Positions 1 through 9,126 of a stretch of DNA of 61,927 nt are shown piece after piece. Position 1 is the stretch's first letter. The number at the start of each line of letters is the position of its first letter. Source of the stretch: a virus (Duplodnaviria; Caudoviricetes); IMG/VR virus record IMGVR_UViG_3300027851_000029, positions 1-61,927 of that record; one strand, given 5' to 3'. The position numbers and the translations under genes are program-made. Under the pieces are notes generated by a model that was given only the letters and a program-made list of their open reading frames with translations, made no database searches and was not told the origin of the DNA.

Positions 1-2
1 GC

Positions 3-437
3 TGCACGGCCTGGACGGGCTACCAAGACCCGGAGCGCGGCCCGGTCATGCGAATCTCGCTCTTCGGCAAGAAGACCGGCATGGTGCGCCGCGTCATCTG
101 GGAAATGTCCACGGGCGAAAAACTGGGCGTGAACGAGCACATCAAGATGAAGCCCATGTGTGATGAAGGCTGCGTCGACCGCGAGCACATGCTCAAGGTT
201 CCCCGCTCGGTGGTCAATTCGGTGCCGAAAACCATCCCGTTCAAAATCAAGCAGTCGCTGGCGATGCAAAAGCGCTACGGCACCAAGCCGGAGCACATCG
301 AGTTGATCCGCTCCAGTGATGCGTCGATCACGGAGCTGGCCAAGCTCACCGGCTACAGCCGCGCGAACGTGCAGTGCATCAAGGAGTACAAGACGCTGCG
401 GTTTGTTCCCAACACCATGGCCTTGGGAGCGCTCTGA
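3..437 (+). CDS. HNH-like endonuclease with C-terminal HTH, 5'-truncated by the window edge
   Basis: Frame is open from base 3: CTAWTG...RRVIWE...CDEGCVDREH resembles phage HNH proteins; C-terminal SITELAKLTGYSRANVQ looks like an HTH. Confidence 0.55.
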   Translation, partial: CTAWTGYQDPERGPVMRISLFGKKTGMVRRVIWEMSTGEKLGVNEHIKMKPMCDEGCVDREHMLKVPRSVVNSVPKTIPFKIKQSLAMQKRYGTKPEHIELIRSSDASITELAKLTGYSRANVQCIKEYKTLRFVPNTMALGAL

Positions 438-991
438 TGGGCAAGAAGATGTCCGCCTACACCCGCAAGCGCATGGGAAACCCGAACGCTGGCACGTTCA
501 ACGGCGCCGAGTTCCTGAACACTCTGCAGCGCTGCCGGCCCTACACCGACGAACCGCTGCCCGGTAGCTGGCTCGAAAGCACGCAGGACGCCGCCGACAA
601 CGCCCGCAACCATGTGAACCGTGCGCTGGGCGCGCTGGTGGGCCACAAGCTCAAACCAGAAGAGTCCGCTGAATTCGACCTGCTGGCGCACGCCATCGGG
701 GTTGCCCTGATCCGATCGCTCGAAATCGGCGGGGATGACTGCCAGCCGGTCGCAGATTGCCGGGAGGGCGCAAAAGCGCTGCGCAGCATCCAGACCCGCC
801 GTGACACACAGGGCCGCTGGGCTACCACGCGCCCGGAGCAGTTGGCCCTTGGTGAAGCGATCTTGGTCTATGAAGCCATCTTGCAGGCCAGCAGCCCGCA
901 GCAGATGGTCGACGCGACCCAGGCCCGGATGAAGATTCTCGAAGCCATGCAGTCGATGCAAAAACCCACCCACCAGGAGCCCCGCCAATGA
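437..991 (+). CDS. phage hypothetical protein
   Basis: ATG at 437 overlaps the previous stop (TGATG); ATGA coupling to the next gene. Confidence 0.7.
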   Translation: MGKKMSAYTRKRMGNPNAGTFNGAEFLNTLQRCRPYTDEPLPGSWLESTQDAADNARNHVNRALGALVGHKLKPEESAEFDLLAHAIGVALIRSLEIGGDDCQPVADCREGAKALRSIQTRRDTQGRWATTRPEQLALGEAILVYEAILQASSPQQMVDATQARMKILEAMQSMQKPTHQEPRQ

Positions 992-1488
992 CGCCAACCC
1001 CCAAAGAGCAGAACGAGGAAAAATCCACGGACATGGTGCACCGAGCGGTCAAGGAACTCGCCGCCCTGGGTCAGTCGGCCAACCGCTACAGCGTCAAGGA
1101 CCTGACCGGGCTGGTGATGACGGTGGTGGATGACAGGCTTCGGGCACTGGCGCGCGACGGCGAGATTTTCCGCACCGCCCGCGGCAACTACGAAATCGTC
1201 AAGCTGTGGCCGGCCCCGCGCGCCATCAGCAAGACCGAGGTGGACGGCTGGGTGATCTACGAGGCCGGGGATCAGGTGATGCGCCTGACCCCCGAGGAAA
1301 ACCGCCAGATGGCGAAGATGTGTGCAGGCGAGGCCGCCCACGTTCTCACCCTGGACAGCACCCGAGAGCACCTGATGCTTGCCCACGACCTGGCGGGGAA
1401 GGTGAACTACCTCATGCAGCAGATCAAGGCGCTGCGGGAGAAGCAGGATCAGCGGCAGGGATTGCTGACGCTGGAAGAAGTCAACTGA
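988..1488 (+). CDS. winged-HTH DNA-binding protein (candidate late activator)
   Basis: RBS AGGAG; N-terminal VKDLTGL..TVVDDRLRALARDGEIFRTARGNY pattern; C-terminal coiled coil. Confidence 0.55.
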   Translation: MTPTPKEQNEEKSTDMVHRAVKELAALGQSANRYSVKDLTGLVMTVVDDRLRALARDGEIFRTARGNYEIVKLWPAPRAISKTEVDGWVIYEAGDQVMRLTPEENRQMAKMCAGEAAHVLTLDSTREHLMLAHDLAGKVNYLMQQIKALREKQDQRQGLLTLEEVN

Positions 1489-1512
1489 ACAATCAACCCA
1501 CTGGAGCACGAC

Positions 1513-2007
1513 ATGGCAACGAAAAAAGAACTCACCCAAGACGAAGCGATCAAGCAGACCACCGAGAAGATGAACGAGGTGGCAAACGCCATCATCAGCC
1601 GCGTCATCCAAGCCCGAGAGGCGATGATGGCCGCAGTTCAGCCGCTGAACGACGACATGCGGAACATCCGCAATGGGGTTGAAAGTGCCAAGCGCGAACT
1701 GCTGGCCATCGAGGGGATTGCCGACAAGATGAATGGCCCCATCGCGAAATCGGCCAAGGCGCTCGCCGAGCGGATTGAGGACTTGGAGGGCAGGTTTTCA
1801 AACCTCGTTGCCCTGAGCGAAGACACCCTGGGCCTCATCGGGAAGCGCGTCAAACTGATCGGCGGCGACTTGGAGATGACTGCTGGCGCCATCGATGAGG
1901 ACGGCTTGGTCGTCTGCTACTACGAAGACGCGAACGGTATTGGAAACGCTTGCATCACCAGCACGACGGTTCATCACATGGCTTTGAAACTGGCGCTGGA
2001 GGATTGA
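1513..2007 (+). CDS. coiled-coil protein with small C-terminal YodC/DUF2158-like beta domain
   Basis: RBS GGAG; IGKRVKLIGGDLEMT...VVCYY motif. Confidence 0.55.
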   Translation: MATKKELTQDEAIKQTTEKMNEVANAIISRVIQAREAMMAAVQPLNDDMRNIRNGVESAKRELLAIEGIADKMNGPIAKSAKALAERIEDLEGRFSNLVALSEDTLGLIGKRVKLIGGDLEMTAGAIDEDGLVVCYYEDANGIGNACITSTTVHHMALKLALED

Positions 2008-2010
2008 TCC

Positions 2011-2232
2011 ATGAGCACCGCGACTGAAATCCTGGCCCAGATGATCGAGGCGAAGCGGGCGATTGAAGCCATGCCACCGGTTAAATCAGAGATGCGAATG
2101 CACCCGGATGACATCGAGGCGATGCGCCGACAGTGCGGGGCAACCAAAGTCAATGGCCCTGTCAATAGCTGGTCTGGGATCAAGATCATCCCGGATGAAT
2201 CCGCCGAGAGGCTTCCGAGGAAATGGCCATGA
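2011..2232 (+). CDS. hypothetical protein
   Basis: Tightly packed in the operon. Confidence 0.55.
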   Translation: MSTATEILAQMIEAKRAIEAMPPVKSEMRMHPDDIEAMRRQCGATKVNGPVNSWSGIKIIPDESAERLPRKWP

Positions 2233-2340
2233 TCCGCTATCCCCGTGAAATCCCGCCGTACTGCATACCCATGCCATGGGGAGACTGGCTTGGCAACTAC
2301 AACCGCCTGTACCTGTACATGCGCTACATCTGGGGGTTCC

Positions 2341-2544
2341 GTGGGCAACATCCGCATTGAGACCACATTCACCAATGAGCAGATCGTGCAAGTGGTGACG
2401 GGACCGGAGCTCGACTGGCGCACAAACACCCGCGATGTCATTTCCCGTGAGGTGATGAACATCAAGGATCGGCAAGTCCGCGAGGCGCTGATCCGCATGG
2501 GGTGGACACCGCCAAAGGTGCCAGAAATGGATAATGACGCATGA
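2341..2544 (+). CDS. hypothetical protein (probable GTG start)
   Basis: ATGA overlap with the next gene; a 43-aa ORF at 2229-2360 fills the gap upstream. Confidence 0.45.
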   Translation: MGNIRIETTFTNEQIVQVVTGPELDWRTNTRDVISREVMNIKDRQVREALIRMGWTPPKVPEMDNDA

Positions 2545-2873
2545 CCACCGAAACCGCCATCATGAAGCTCAGTCCATTGGCCCAAGAGGTCGATTGTGCC
2601 GCTCGGTACTACGTAGACCGAATCGACAGGGATCACTACGGTGGCTACATGCCATCAGAGAAGGCACGCGAAGTGTATCGACTTAGCGTCGGTTCCACCG
2701 TGCAAAAGCGCATGTTTGAGGAATTGGAGCCCATCCGTAAAGCCGCTTCCAGAACGATGCTCATGTTTTTGAATCCAGTTCCAGAAATGCCAAAGGAATT
2801 GCGCGACCTGATGGAATCTGTGGAAAATAGGTGGGCTGCTGTGTTTGAAGAGTTGTGCAGCATCTCCGACTAG
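2541..2873 (+). CDS. hypothetical protein
   Basis: Coupled ORF in the operon. Confidence 0.55.
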   Translation: MTTETAIMKLSPLAQEVDCAARYYVDRIDRDHYGGYMPSEKAREVYRLSVGSTVQKRMFEELEPIRKAASRTMLMFLNPVPEMPKELRDLMESVENRWAAVFEELCSISD

Positions 2874-2882
2874 GTAGTGGGC

Positions 2883-3095
2883 ATGAAAAAGCCAGTTGAC
2901 CACTCAGACGCCACCCTGTTGTCCGTGATTTTCGTCATCACGATGGCAGTCCTTGCCTGGGTGGTTTGGGCCGCTCACAAAGACGCCCCAAGGATTCGAG
3001 AGGAATGTGAGGCACGAGGCGGAATGCTCATATCCACGCGGAATGAGCTTTACACCTGCGTTGGCCGACCAACGAAGCCGGTAGACCCGGCATAG
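2883..3095 (+). CDS. small membrane protein
   Basis: One hydrophobic helix followed by C..RGG......C. Confidence 0.55.
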   Translation: MKKPVDHSDATLLSVIFVITMAVLAWVVWAAHKDAPRIREECEARGGMLISTRNELYTCVGRPTKPVDPA

Positions 3096-3127
3096 GGTTA
3101 GACACCCAGCCAGCCAGCCCGGAGACT
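3091..3127 (+). promoter_or_regulatory. late promoter 1 (CATAGGGTT-N22-GAGACT), leaderless to terS
   Basis: Motif with identical spacing recurs 8 times at starts of late modules; ATG 7 nt after the -10-like hexamer. Confidence 0.75.
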
Positions 3128-3134
3128 CCCGGGC

Positions 3135-3824
3135 ATGGCAACAAAACCCAGCGGGAAGAAGCCCGCGCCCACGCAGGCCCCCACTCAACCCACGAAACCC
3201 GCCCGACCAGCCAAAGGTTCGGCGGGTTCTGGCGTTTCCGCAAAGAAGCGCAAGCGGGTTGATTGGGACGCCGTGGAGCGCGACTACCGCACGGACCACT
3301 TCACCAACGTCGAAATCTGCAACAAGCACAGCATTGCCCCTGCAACCCTGAGCCGAAAGATCAAGAAGGACCAGGAGAAGGATTCGACCAGTTGGCAGAA
3401 AGACCTGTCCGCTGCTGTCAGGAAGGCCACCAATGCCGCTCTGATGGCCGATATGGTCAAGGCCAAGGTCAATGAGGGTCAAGAGCAGGTCAATTTCACG
3501 GTCAAGGCCGCTGCAGAAGTCAACAAACAGATCATTCTGAGCCACCGAGAACGACTTCGCACTATGCAAGCGGATGCCGACATGGTGCGCAACAAACTGC
3601 TGCAGATGGCCGACATGGTTTCGGATGTGCGAGAGGCTGCGACGCTTGTCAGTGCTCTTGAGGCATCAGCCAGGACGGCAAAGATCGTGATCGAAGCCGA
3701 GCGCAAGTCCTTTGGGCTGGATGAAGCCAACGCCGACAACAACCCGAACACGCCCGGCTACCTTCCGCCATCCGTCACGGTCACGTTTGTGTCGCCACCA
3801 GCGCGCGAAGAGGACGACGAATGA
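3135..3824 (+). CDS. terS: terminase small subunit
   Basis: VDWDAVERDYRT HTH, coupled directly upstream of terL. Confidence 0.8.
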   Translation: MATKPSGKKPAPTQAPTQPTKPARPAKGSAGSGVSAKKRKRVDWDAVERDYRTDHFTNVEICNKHSIAPATLSRKIKKDQEKDSTSWQKDLSAAVRKATNAALMADMVKAKVNEGQEQVNFTVKAAAEVNKQIILSHRERLRTMQADADMVRNKLLQMADMVSDVREAATLVSALEASARTAKIVIEAERKSFGLDEANADNNPNTPGYLPPSVTVTFVSPPAREEDDE

Positions 3825-5107
3825 CCGAAGTCGCCGAACTCCCGCGCCTGGACATGCCCGAGAAGCTGGCCGGCATCTGGAAGCCACGCCGGTACAAGGC
3901 CATGCACGGCGGGCGAGGTGGCGGCAAGTCTTGGACCGTGGCCGGCGTGCTGCTGCTGATGGCCGCTGGCGCACCGCTGCGGGTGCTTTGCGCGCGTGAA
4001 ATCCAGAAGTCCATGAAGGACTCGGTTCACCGGCTGCTGACCGACCAGATCAACCGCCTGCACCTGCATGGGTTCTTCGAGGTGCTGGACACCGAGATTC
4101 GCGGCATCAATGGCTCGCTGTTCCTGTTCACCGGCCTGCAGAGCCACACCGTGGACTCGATCAAGTCCTTTGAGGGCGTGGACATCGTTTGGGTCGAAGA
4201 AGCCCACGGCGTGAGCAAAAAGAGTTGGGATGTGCTGATCCCGACCATCCGAAAGGAAGGCTCAGAAATCTGGCTCACCCTGAACCCGGACATGGAAACC
4301 GACGAGACCTATCAGCGGTTCATCGCCCACCCGAGCCCGGACACATGGGTTTGCGAAATCAACTGGCGCGACAACCCCTGGTTTCCCCGCGTGCTGGACG
4401 ACGAGCGAAAGAAGGCCAAGCGGACCATGCTCAAGGACGACTACGAGCATATCTGGGAAGGCAAAGCCCGCCGCGTGGCCGCTGGCGCCATCTACCGGCA
4501 CGAGGTCGAGACGATCTATCTTGATGGCCGTGTTTGCGCGGTGCCATATGACCCGATCCTGCCGGTGCACACGATATGGGACTTGGGCTGGAACGATGCT
4601 ATGACCATCGGCCTGGTGCAGAAGGGCCCACAGGACATCCGCATCATCGGCTACATCGAGGATAGCCACCGCACGCTCGATTGGTACGTGGCCAAGCTGG
4701 AGAAGCTGCCCTACCGCTGGGGCATCGACTTCCTTCCCCACGACGGCAAGACAAAGAACTTCCAGACCGCCAAGTCCACCGAGGACCGTATGAAAGAACT
4801 TGGGCGCAGGCCGTACCCCGGCTGCTTGCCCATGCAGAACGTCGAGGAAGGCATCAAGGCCGCGCGCATGGAGTTCCCGAAGTGCTACTTCGATGAACTG
4901 AAGACCGCGCGCCTGCTGGAGTGCCTGAAACGCTACCAGCGCCAGATCCACACCGTGACGAACGAGCCCATGGGGCCGCTGCACGACGAATTCAGCCATG
5001 GCGCCGATATGTTCCGCTACCTCGCCCAGGCGGTCCAGCTCATGAAGAACGAACCAGTGCACAGCAAACAGGAAGAAGAGCGCGTCACCGAAGACTGGCG
5101 CTTGTGA
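3821..5107 (+). CDS. terL: terminase large subunit (PBSX/Terminase_3-like)
   Basis: Walker A GGRGGGKS, Walker B VWVEEA, LNP coupling motif, nuclease WDLG and HGADMFRY. Confidence 0.95.
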   Translation: MTEVAELPRLDMPEKLAGIWKPRRYKAMHGGRGGGKSWTVAGVLLLMAAGAPLRVLCAREIQKSMKDSVHRLLTDQINRLHLHGFFEVLDTEIRGINGSLFLFTGLQSHTVDSIKSFEGVDIVWVEEAHGVSKKSWDVLIPTIRKEGSEIWLTLNPDMETDETYQRFIAHPSPDTWVCEINWRDNPWFPRVLDDERKKAKRTMLKDDYEHIWEGKARRVAAGAIYRHEVETIYLDGRVCAVPYDPILPVHTIWDLGWNDAMTIGLVQKGPQDIRIIGYIEDSHRTLDWYVAKLEKLPYRWGIDFLPHDGKTKNFQTAKSTEDRMKELGRRPYPGCLPMQNVEEGIKAARMEFPKCYFDELKTARLLECLKRYQRQIHTVTNEPMGPLHDEFSHGADMFRYLAQAVQLMKNEPVHSKQEEERVTEDWRL

Positions 5108-5114
5108 GGACACC

Positions 5115-7322
5115 ATGAACAGCAATACCACCGACATCCGCGACGGCGCCAACCTGGCACTGTCCATCGAGGAATTCAAGCAGATCGTCAACGAGGCGAT
5201 CAGCCAGCCGCCATGGCGCCTGAATGCCGACATGGAGGCCGACTATGCCGATGGCAACCAGTTGGCGACCGACCTGCTGCAGAAACAGGCCGCGCTCGGA
5301 ATCCCGCCGGCCAAAGAAAACATCATCGGCCCGGCCATCGCCGCGGTGTGCGGCTTCGAGGCCAAGACCCGCACGGACTGGCGCGTGACGCCAGATGGCG
5401 ACCCGGGCGGCCAGGATGTTGCCGACGCCATCAACTACAAGCTGAACCTTGCCGAGCGCCACAGCAAGGCCGACCGCGCGATGTCACAGGCCTTCAAGCC
5501 GCAGATCGGTGTGGGCTTGGGCTGGGTCGAGGTGGCGCGCGCACCGAACAGCCTGATGTTCCCGATCCAGTCCCGCTACGTGCACCGCAACGAAATCTGG
5601 TGGGACATGAAGGACACCGACCCGGGCCTGACGAATGCCCGCTGGCTGTACCGCCGCCGCTGGCCCGAGCGCAGCAAGGCCGCCCAGATGTTCCCCGAGC
5701 ACAAGGACATCATCCTGAACAGCATCGAGCAGTGGGTTGGCGATGCGGCCGGCGACATGCTAGAAGGCGGTCAGTCCACCGGGTTGCAATCTGCGCTCGA
5801 AGCGCAGCGTGCCTGGACCAATGTCGAAGATACGTGGTTCAACACGGAAAACCGCACGGTGTGCATCACAGAGGTCTGGTATCGCCGCTGGGTGCCAACT
5901 CTGATCCTCAAGATGCGCGATGGCCGCGCCGTGGAGTACGACGAGGAAAACGTTGTGCACCAGGCTGCCGCCATGTCGGGCCGCGGCAAGGTGGTCGAGG
6001 AACTGATCCCCCGCATGCGCCGCGCATACTGGATGGGTCCGCACATGCTGCACGACGGCCCGACACCGTACCCGCACGACAAGTTCCCCTACGTCCCATT
6101 CTGGGGCTACCGCGAGGACATGACCGGCATCCCGTTCGGATTGGTCCGGGACATGATTTTCCCGCAGGACAACCTGAACAGCTCCATTGGAAAGCTGCGT
6201 TGGGGCATGAGTTCGGTCACGACGATCCGCACAAAGGGCGCGCTGGCGATGACCGACGCAGCGTTCCGTCAGATGGCTGCGCGAGCGAATGCCGACATCG
6301 TGCTGGATGCCGAACACATGTCGCAGCCCGGAGCGACGTTTGAGCGCAACAGGGATTTTCAACTCACAGATCAGCACTTCAACCTGATGAGCGACTCCCG
6401 TGCCGCCATCGGGCGCATGGGTGTGAGCCCATCGTTCCAGGGCCAGAAAGGCAATGCCACCAGCGGAATTCAGGAGGCGACCCAGGTTGAGCAGTCCGAG
6501 GTATCGCTGTCTGACCTGATGGACAGCTTCAAGGACTCGCGCACCATGGTCGGCGAACTCATCATGGCGCTGGTGATCGAGGACCTAGGCGAAGAAGAGC
6601 AGACGATCGTGATCGAGGGAGACGTCATCAACCCGCCGCGTACCGTGGTGCTGAACAAGCCAGAACTGGATCCGCTCACGAACATGGCCTACCTGTCCAA
6701 CGACATCCAGCGCACCCGCATGCGTGTGTCGCTGGAGGATGTGCCCAGTTCCAGCAGCTTCCGGGCGCAGCAGCTCAACGCGCTGTCCGAGAGCATCAAG
6801 TCGGCGCCGCCGGAGCTGCAGCAGGTGGTCATGCCGTTCATGGTGGACCTGATGGACTTGCCACGCAAGAAGGAGATTGTCGAGGCCATCCGGGCCGCCA
6901 AGCAGCAGGCCGACCCGGACCAGATGCGCGAACAGATCAAGCAGGAACTGATGCTGGAGCTCAAGACCCGCGAACTGGACATCAAGGAGCGCGTGAGCGA
7001 CGCCCAGATCCGCAAGCTGATGGCCGAAGCGGTGCAGACGGGTGTTGCCGCAGCGTTTGCAGCAATCCAGACTGGCGAAAAGATTGCAATCAATCCGCTC
7101 ATCGCTCCCGTTGGCGACGTCATCCTGCAGAACGCAGGCTATCAAAGGCCAAGCCCTGGAGGAATTGACCCAAATATGCCCGTTCCAGATGCGCCAATGG
7201 CTGTTGAGCAGGCTGGAGGAATAGAAGGCGACACAAGTCCAACAACACCTCAGTCTCCACTGGCTCCTGAAAGTGCAGTATTTGGCGTGAATCAGGGCAT
7301 CGAAACGCTGCGCGCAGATTAA
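5115..7322 (+). CDS. portal protein (P22-like)
   Basis: 735 aa directly after terL; YADGNQ, FPYVPFWG, GLVRDMIFPQDNLN, NATSG motifs. Confidence 0.9.
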   Translation: MNSNTTDIRDGANLALSIEEFKQIVNEAISQPPWRLNADMEADYADGNQLATDLLQKQAALGIPPAKENIIGPAIAAVCGFEAKTRTDWRVTPDGDPGGQDVADAINYKLNLAERHSKADRAMSQAFKPQIGVGLGWVEVARAPNSLMFPIQSRYVHRNEIWWDMKDTDPGLTNARWLYRRRWPERSKAAQMFPEHKDIILNSIEQWVGDAAGDMLEGGQSTGLQSALEAQRAWTNVEDTWFNTENRTVCITEVWYRRWVPTLILKMRDGRAVEYDEENVVHQAAAMSGRGKVVEELIPRMRRAYWMGPHMLHDGPTPYPHDKFPYVPFWGYREDMTGIPFGLVRDMIFPQDNLNSSIGKLRWGMSSVTTIRTKGALAMTDAAFRQMAARANADIVLDAEHMSQPGATFERNRDFQLTDQHFNLMSDSRAAIGRMGVSPSFQGQKGNATSGIQEATQVEQSEVSLSDLMDSFKDSRTMVGELIMALVIEDLGEEEQTIVIEGDVINPPRTVVLNKPELDPLTNMAYLSNDIQRTRMRVSLEDVPSSSSFRAQQLNALSESIKSAPPELQQVVMPFMVDLMDLPRKKEIVEAIRAAKQQADPDQMREQIKQELMLELKTRELDIKERVSDAQIRKLMAEAVQTGVAAAFAAIQTGEKIAINPLIAPVGDVILQNAGYQRPSPGGIDPNMPVPDAPMAVEQAGGIEGDTSPTTPQSPLAPESAVFGVNQGIETLRAD

Positions 7323-7391
7323 AATAAGCGAGCCCGCGAAGTGCTTCTAACACGACGCGGGCTCTAACCAATTAGACTTACTGGAGTCATC

Positions 7392-8000
7392 ATGGCTACA
7401 TCTATCATAACAGCGCATGTTGCGTGCAAGAAGTGCGGCTGCGCCGACAGGTACAAGGACGGAAAATGCAAATCATGCGTAGCTGAGAGGGTGAAGAGGC
7501 GTGCAGATAAAATGCGAGAAGCTTTAAGAGAATATTCTCTCAAGTGGAGGGAGTTGAATATAGAAAAGGTCAGGGCTTTTGACAGAGAAAGATCTGCAAA
7601 ACTCCGACTTGAAAACCCAAAAAAACGCAAAGAAGTTACAGAAAGATATGCCACAAACAACAAAGACAAAATATCTGTCAGAAATCGCGCTTGGAAGAAA
7701 AATAACCCAGAATCGCGCAGGCTAACTGCAGCCAGAAGAAGACTTAGGGAGTCAAATAGCGGCGGTGTAGAAAGGCCGACAGCAGGATATATAAAGAATC
7801 TATTTATTCTGCAAAAAGGTCTTTGTGCATGCTGTAGAGAAAGCATCGCAGTTGAATATCACATAGACCATGTTATCCCGCTTGCGATGGGAGGAGAGCA
7901 CTCAACGCGCAATCTCCAGCTTTTGTGCCCTTCGTGCAATTTATCGAAGCACGCTCAGCACCCGGTAGATTTCATGCAGTCGCGAGGGTATCTGCTGTAG
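7392..8000 (+). CDS. HNH homing endonuclease
   Basis: CACC..YHIDHVIPLAMGGEHSTRNLQLLCPSCNLSK; N-terminal CxxC pairs; AT-richer than its neighbours. Confidence 0.9.
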   Translation: MATSIITAHVACKKCGCADRYKDGKCKSCVAERVKRRADKMREALREYSLKWRELNIEKVRAFDRERSAKLRLENPKKRKEVTERYATNNKDKISVRNRAWKKNNPESRRLTAARRRLRESNSGGVERPTAGYIKNLFILQKGLCACCRESIAVEYHIDHVIPLAMGGEHSTRNLQLLCPSCNLSKHAQHPVDFMQSRGYLL

Positions 8001-8006
8001 CCACTC

Positions 8007-8043
8007 AAGCAGGCCTAACAAATCGCGCTGTTGGCGGCTTTTT
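8007..8043 (+). terminator. probable intrinsic terminator
   Basis: Imperfect hairpin AAGC-GCC-AACA/TGTT-GGC-GCTT followed by a T run. Confidence 0.5.
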
Positions 8044-8055
8044 GTTCAAGACCGA

Positions 8056-8092
8056 CATAAGGTTTGTCGCAGTGGATCATGCGCCTGAAACT
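8056..8092 (+). promoter_or_regulatory. late promoter 2 (CATAAGGTT-N22-GAAACT)
   Basis: One-mismatch copy of the motif with the same spacing. Confidence 0.7.
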
Positions 8093-8197
8093 TCAGGCCA
8101 ACACCAGCCCAGCATTCCCGCCAGTCCCGCAAGGACCGGAGCAGGGCATGCAGGGTATTGAAACCACCGCCACAGCTGACAACCTTGGAGCACCAGC

Positions 8198-8695
8198 ATG
8201 AACGACGCCACCACCGAACAAGCAATCCAGGCCGCGGGCGCGAACGTGGCGCCACGCATCACGCCGGACGACATCTCCGCCAACATCGTCAGTGAGCACT
8301 ACTTTACGGCAGCACAGGGTGCGCTGGGATTCGCCTGCAACCGCTCGTGGTTCGAGGGAAACGATGGCCCTTACGGCGAGCCCGGCCGCGAGCCGGGGCC
8401 TCTCGATCTGTTGACGCTGTGCGTCATCGTCCTGCGCAACGGCTTCACCGTGACAGGCGAGTCGGCTTGCGCCAGCCAGGAGAACTTCAACACCGAAATT
8501 GGCCAGCGCATCGCTCGCCAGAATGCCGTCGCCAAGATATGGCCTCTGATGGGCTATCAGTTGCGGCAGCACCTGCATGAGGCCCGAGACGTTGGTACAT
8601 ACGGCGCAGCCATTGAAGGCGGTGGGAGCCGGTCGCTCTGCACATGCGGACCAAACATGGCCTGCACCAACTGCTCCAACAAGCAATCGTCATGA
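8198..8695 (+). CDS. Gp49 family (Phage_gp49_66-like) protein
   Basis: APRITP...LTLCVIVLRNGFTVTGESACASQENFNTEIG..IA..NA..KIWPLMGY. Confidence 0.8.
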   Translation: MNDATTEQAIQAAGANVAPRITPDDISANIVSEHYFTAAQGALGFACNRSWFEGNDGPYGEPGREPGPLDLLTLCVIVLRNGFTVTGESACASQENFNTEIGQRIARQNAVAKIWPLMGYQLRQHLHEARDVGTYGAAIEGGGSRSLCTCGPNMACTNCSNKQSS

Positions 8696-9096
8696 AAACC
8701 AATCCAGCATTCGCCCAAGGCGACATCGTTGAATACGTCAACCAGCCCGGCTGGGGTCAATTCTTGGTGCAAGACGTGGAGCAGGACAGCGTTGAAGGAA
8801 TTGTGTTCTACCGCCTGCACGTCAGTGGCGAGCGCAACGGCAACCAGATGACATTCCTCGAAGAGAACGCCGTCATGGTCAAGAAGTCCGATCGCATGCA
8901 ACCACACCAAGAGCGCGTGATCGCCGAGCGCGCCCGCGTCGATGGCGACACCGAGCGCCTGCATGCATTCACCGGAACCGAAACCATGCGAAGCCTCGAC
9001 CTGGCAGAACAGCACCGGCTTGTGCGACAGCTCAACCTGATGCGCCAGCTTCGCACGGTTCTTGACGAGCGCATCGCAGCCTTCACCCCAACCTAA
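8692..9096 (+). CDS. hypothetical protein with C-terminal helical crAss001_48-like domain
   Basis: MQPHQERVIAE...L..F...EQ.RL..Q...M.....L.ERIAAF pattern. Confidence 0.6.
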   Translation: MKTNPAFAQGDIVEYVNQPGWGQFLVQDVEQDSVEGIVFYRLHVSGERNGNQMTFLEENAVMVKKSDRMQPHQERVIAERARVDGDTERLHAFTGTETMRSLDLAEQHRLVRQLNLMRQLRTVLDERIAAFTPT

Positions 9097-9126
9097 ACCA
9101 CTATCACACACCATCAGGAGCCCACC

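Noticed and set aside
7363-7377. CTAACCAATTAG as another repressor operator before the HNH gene
   Set aside because: Spacer is 4 nt rather than the 5 nt seen in all other copies
8013-8036. GCCTAAC..GTTGGC resembling an attC start after the HNH gene
   Set aside because: No L''/L' stem, too short, no complementary R' upstream; better explained as a terminator hairpin
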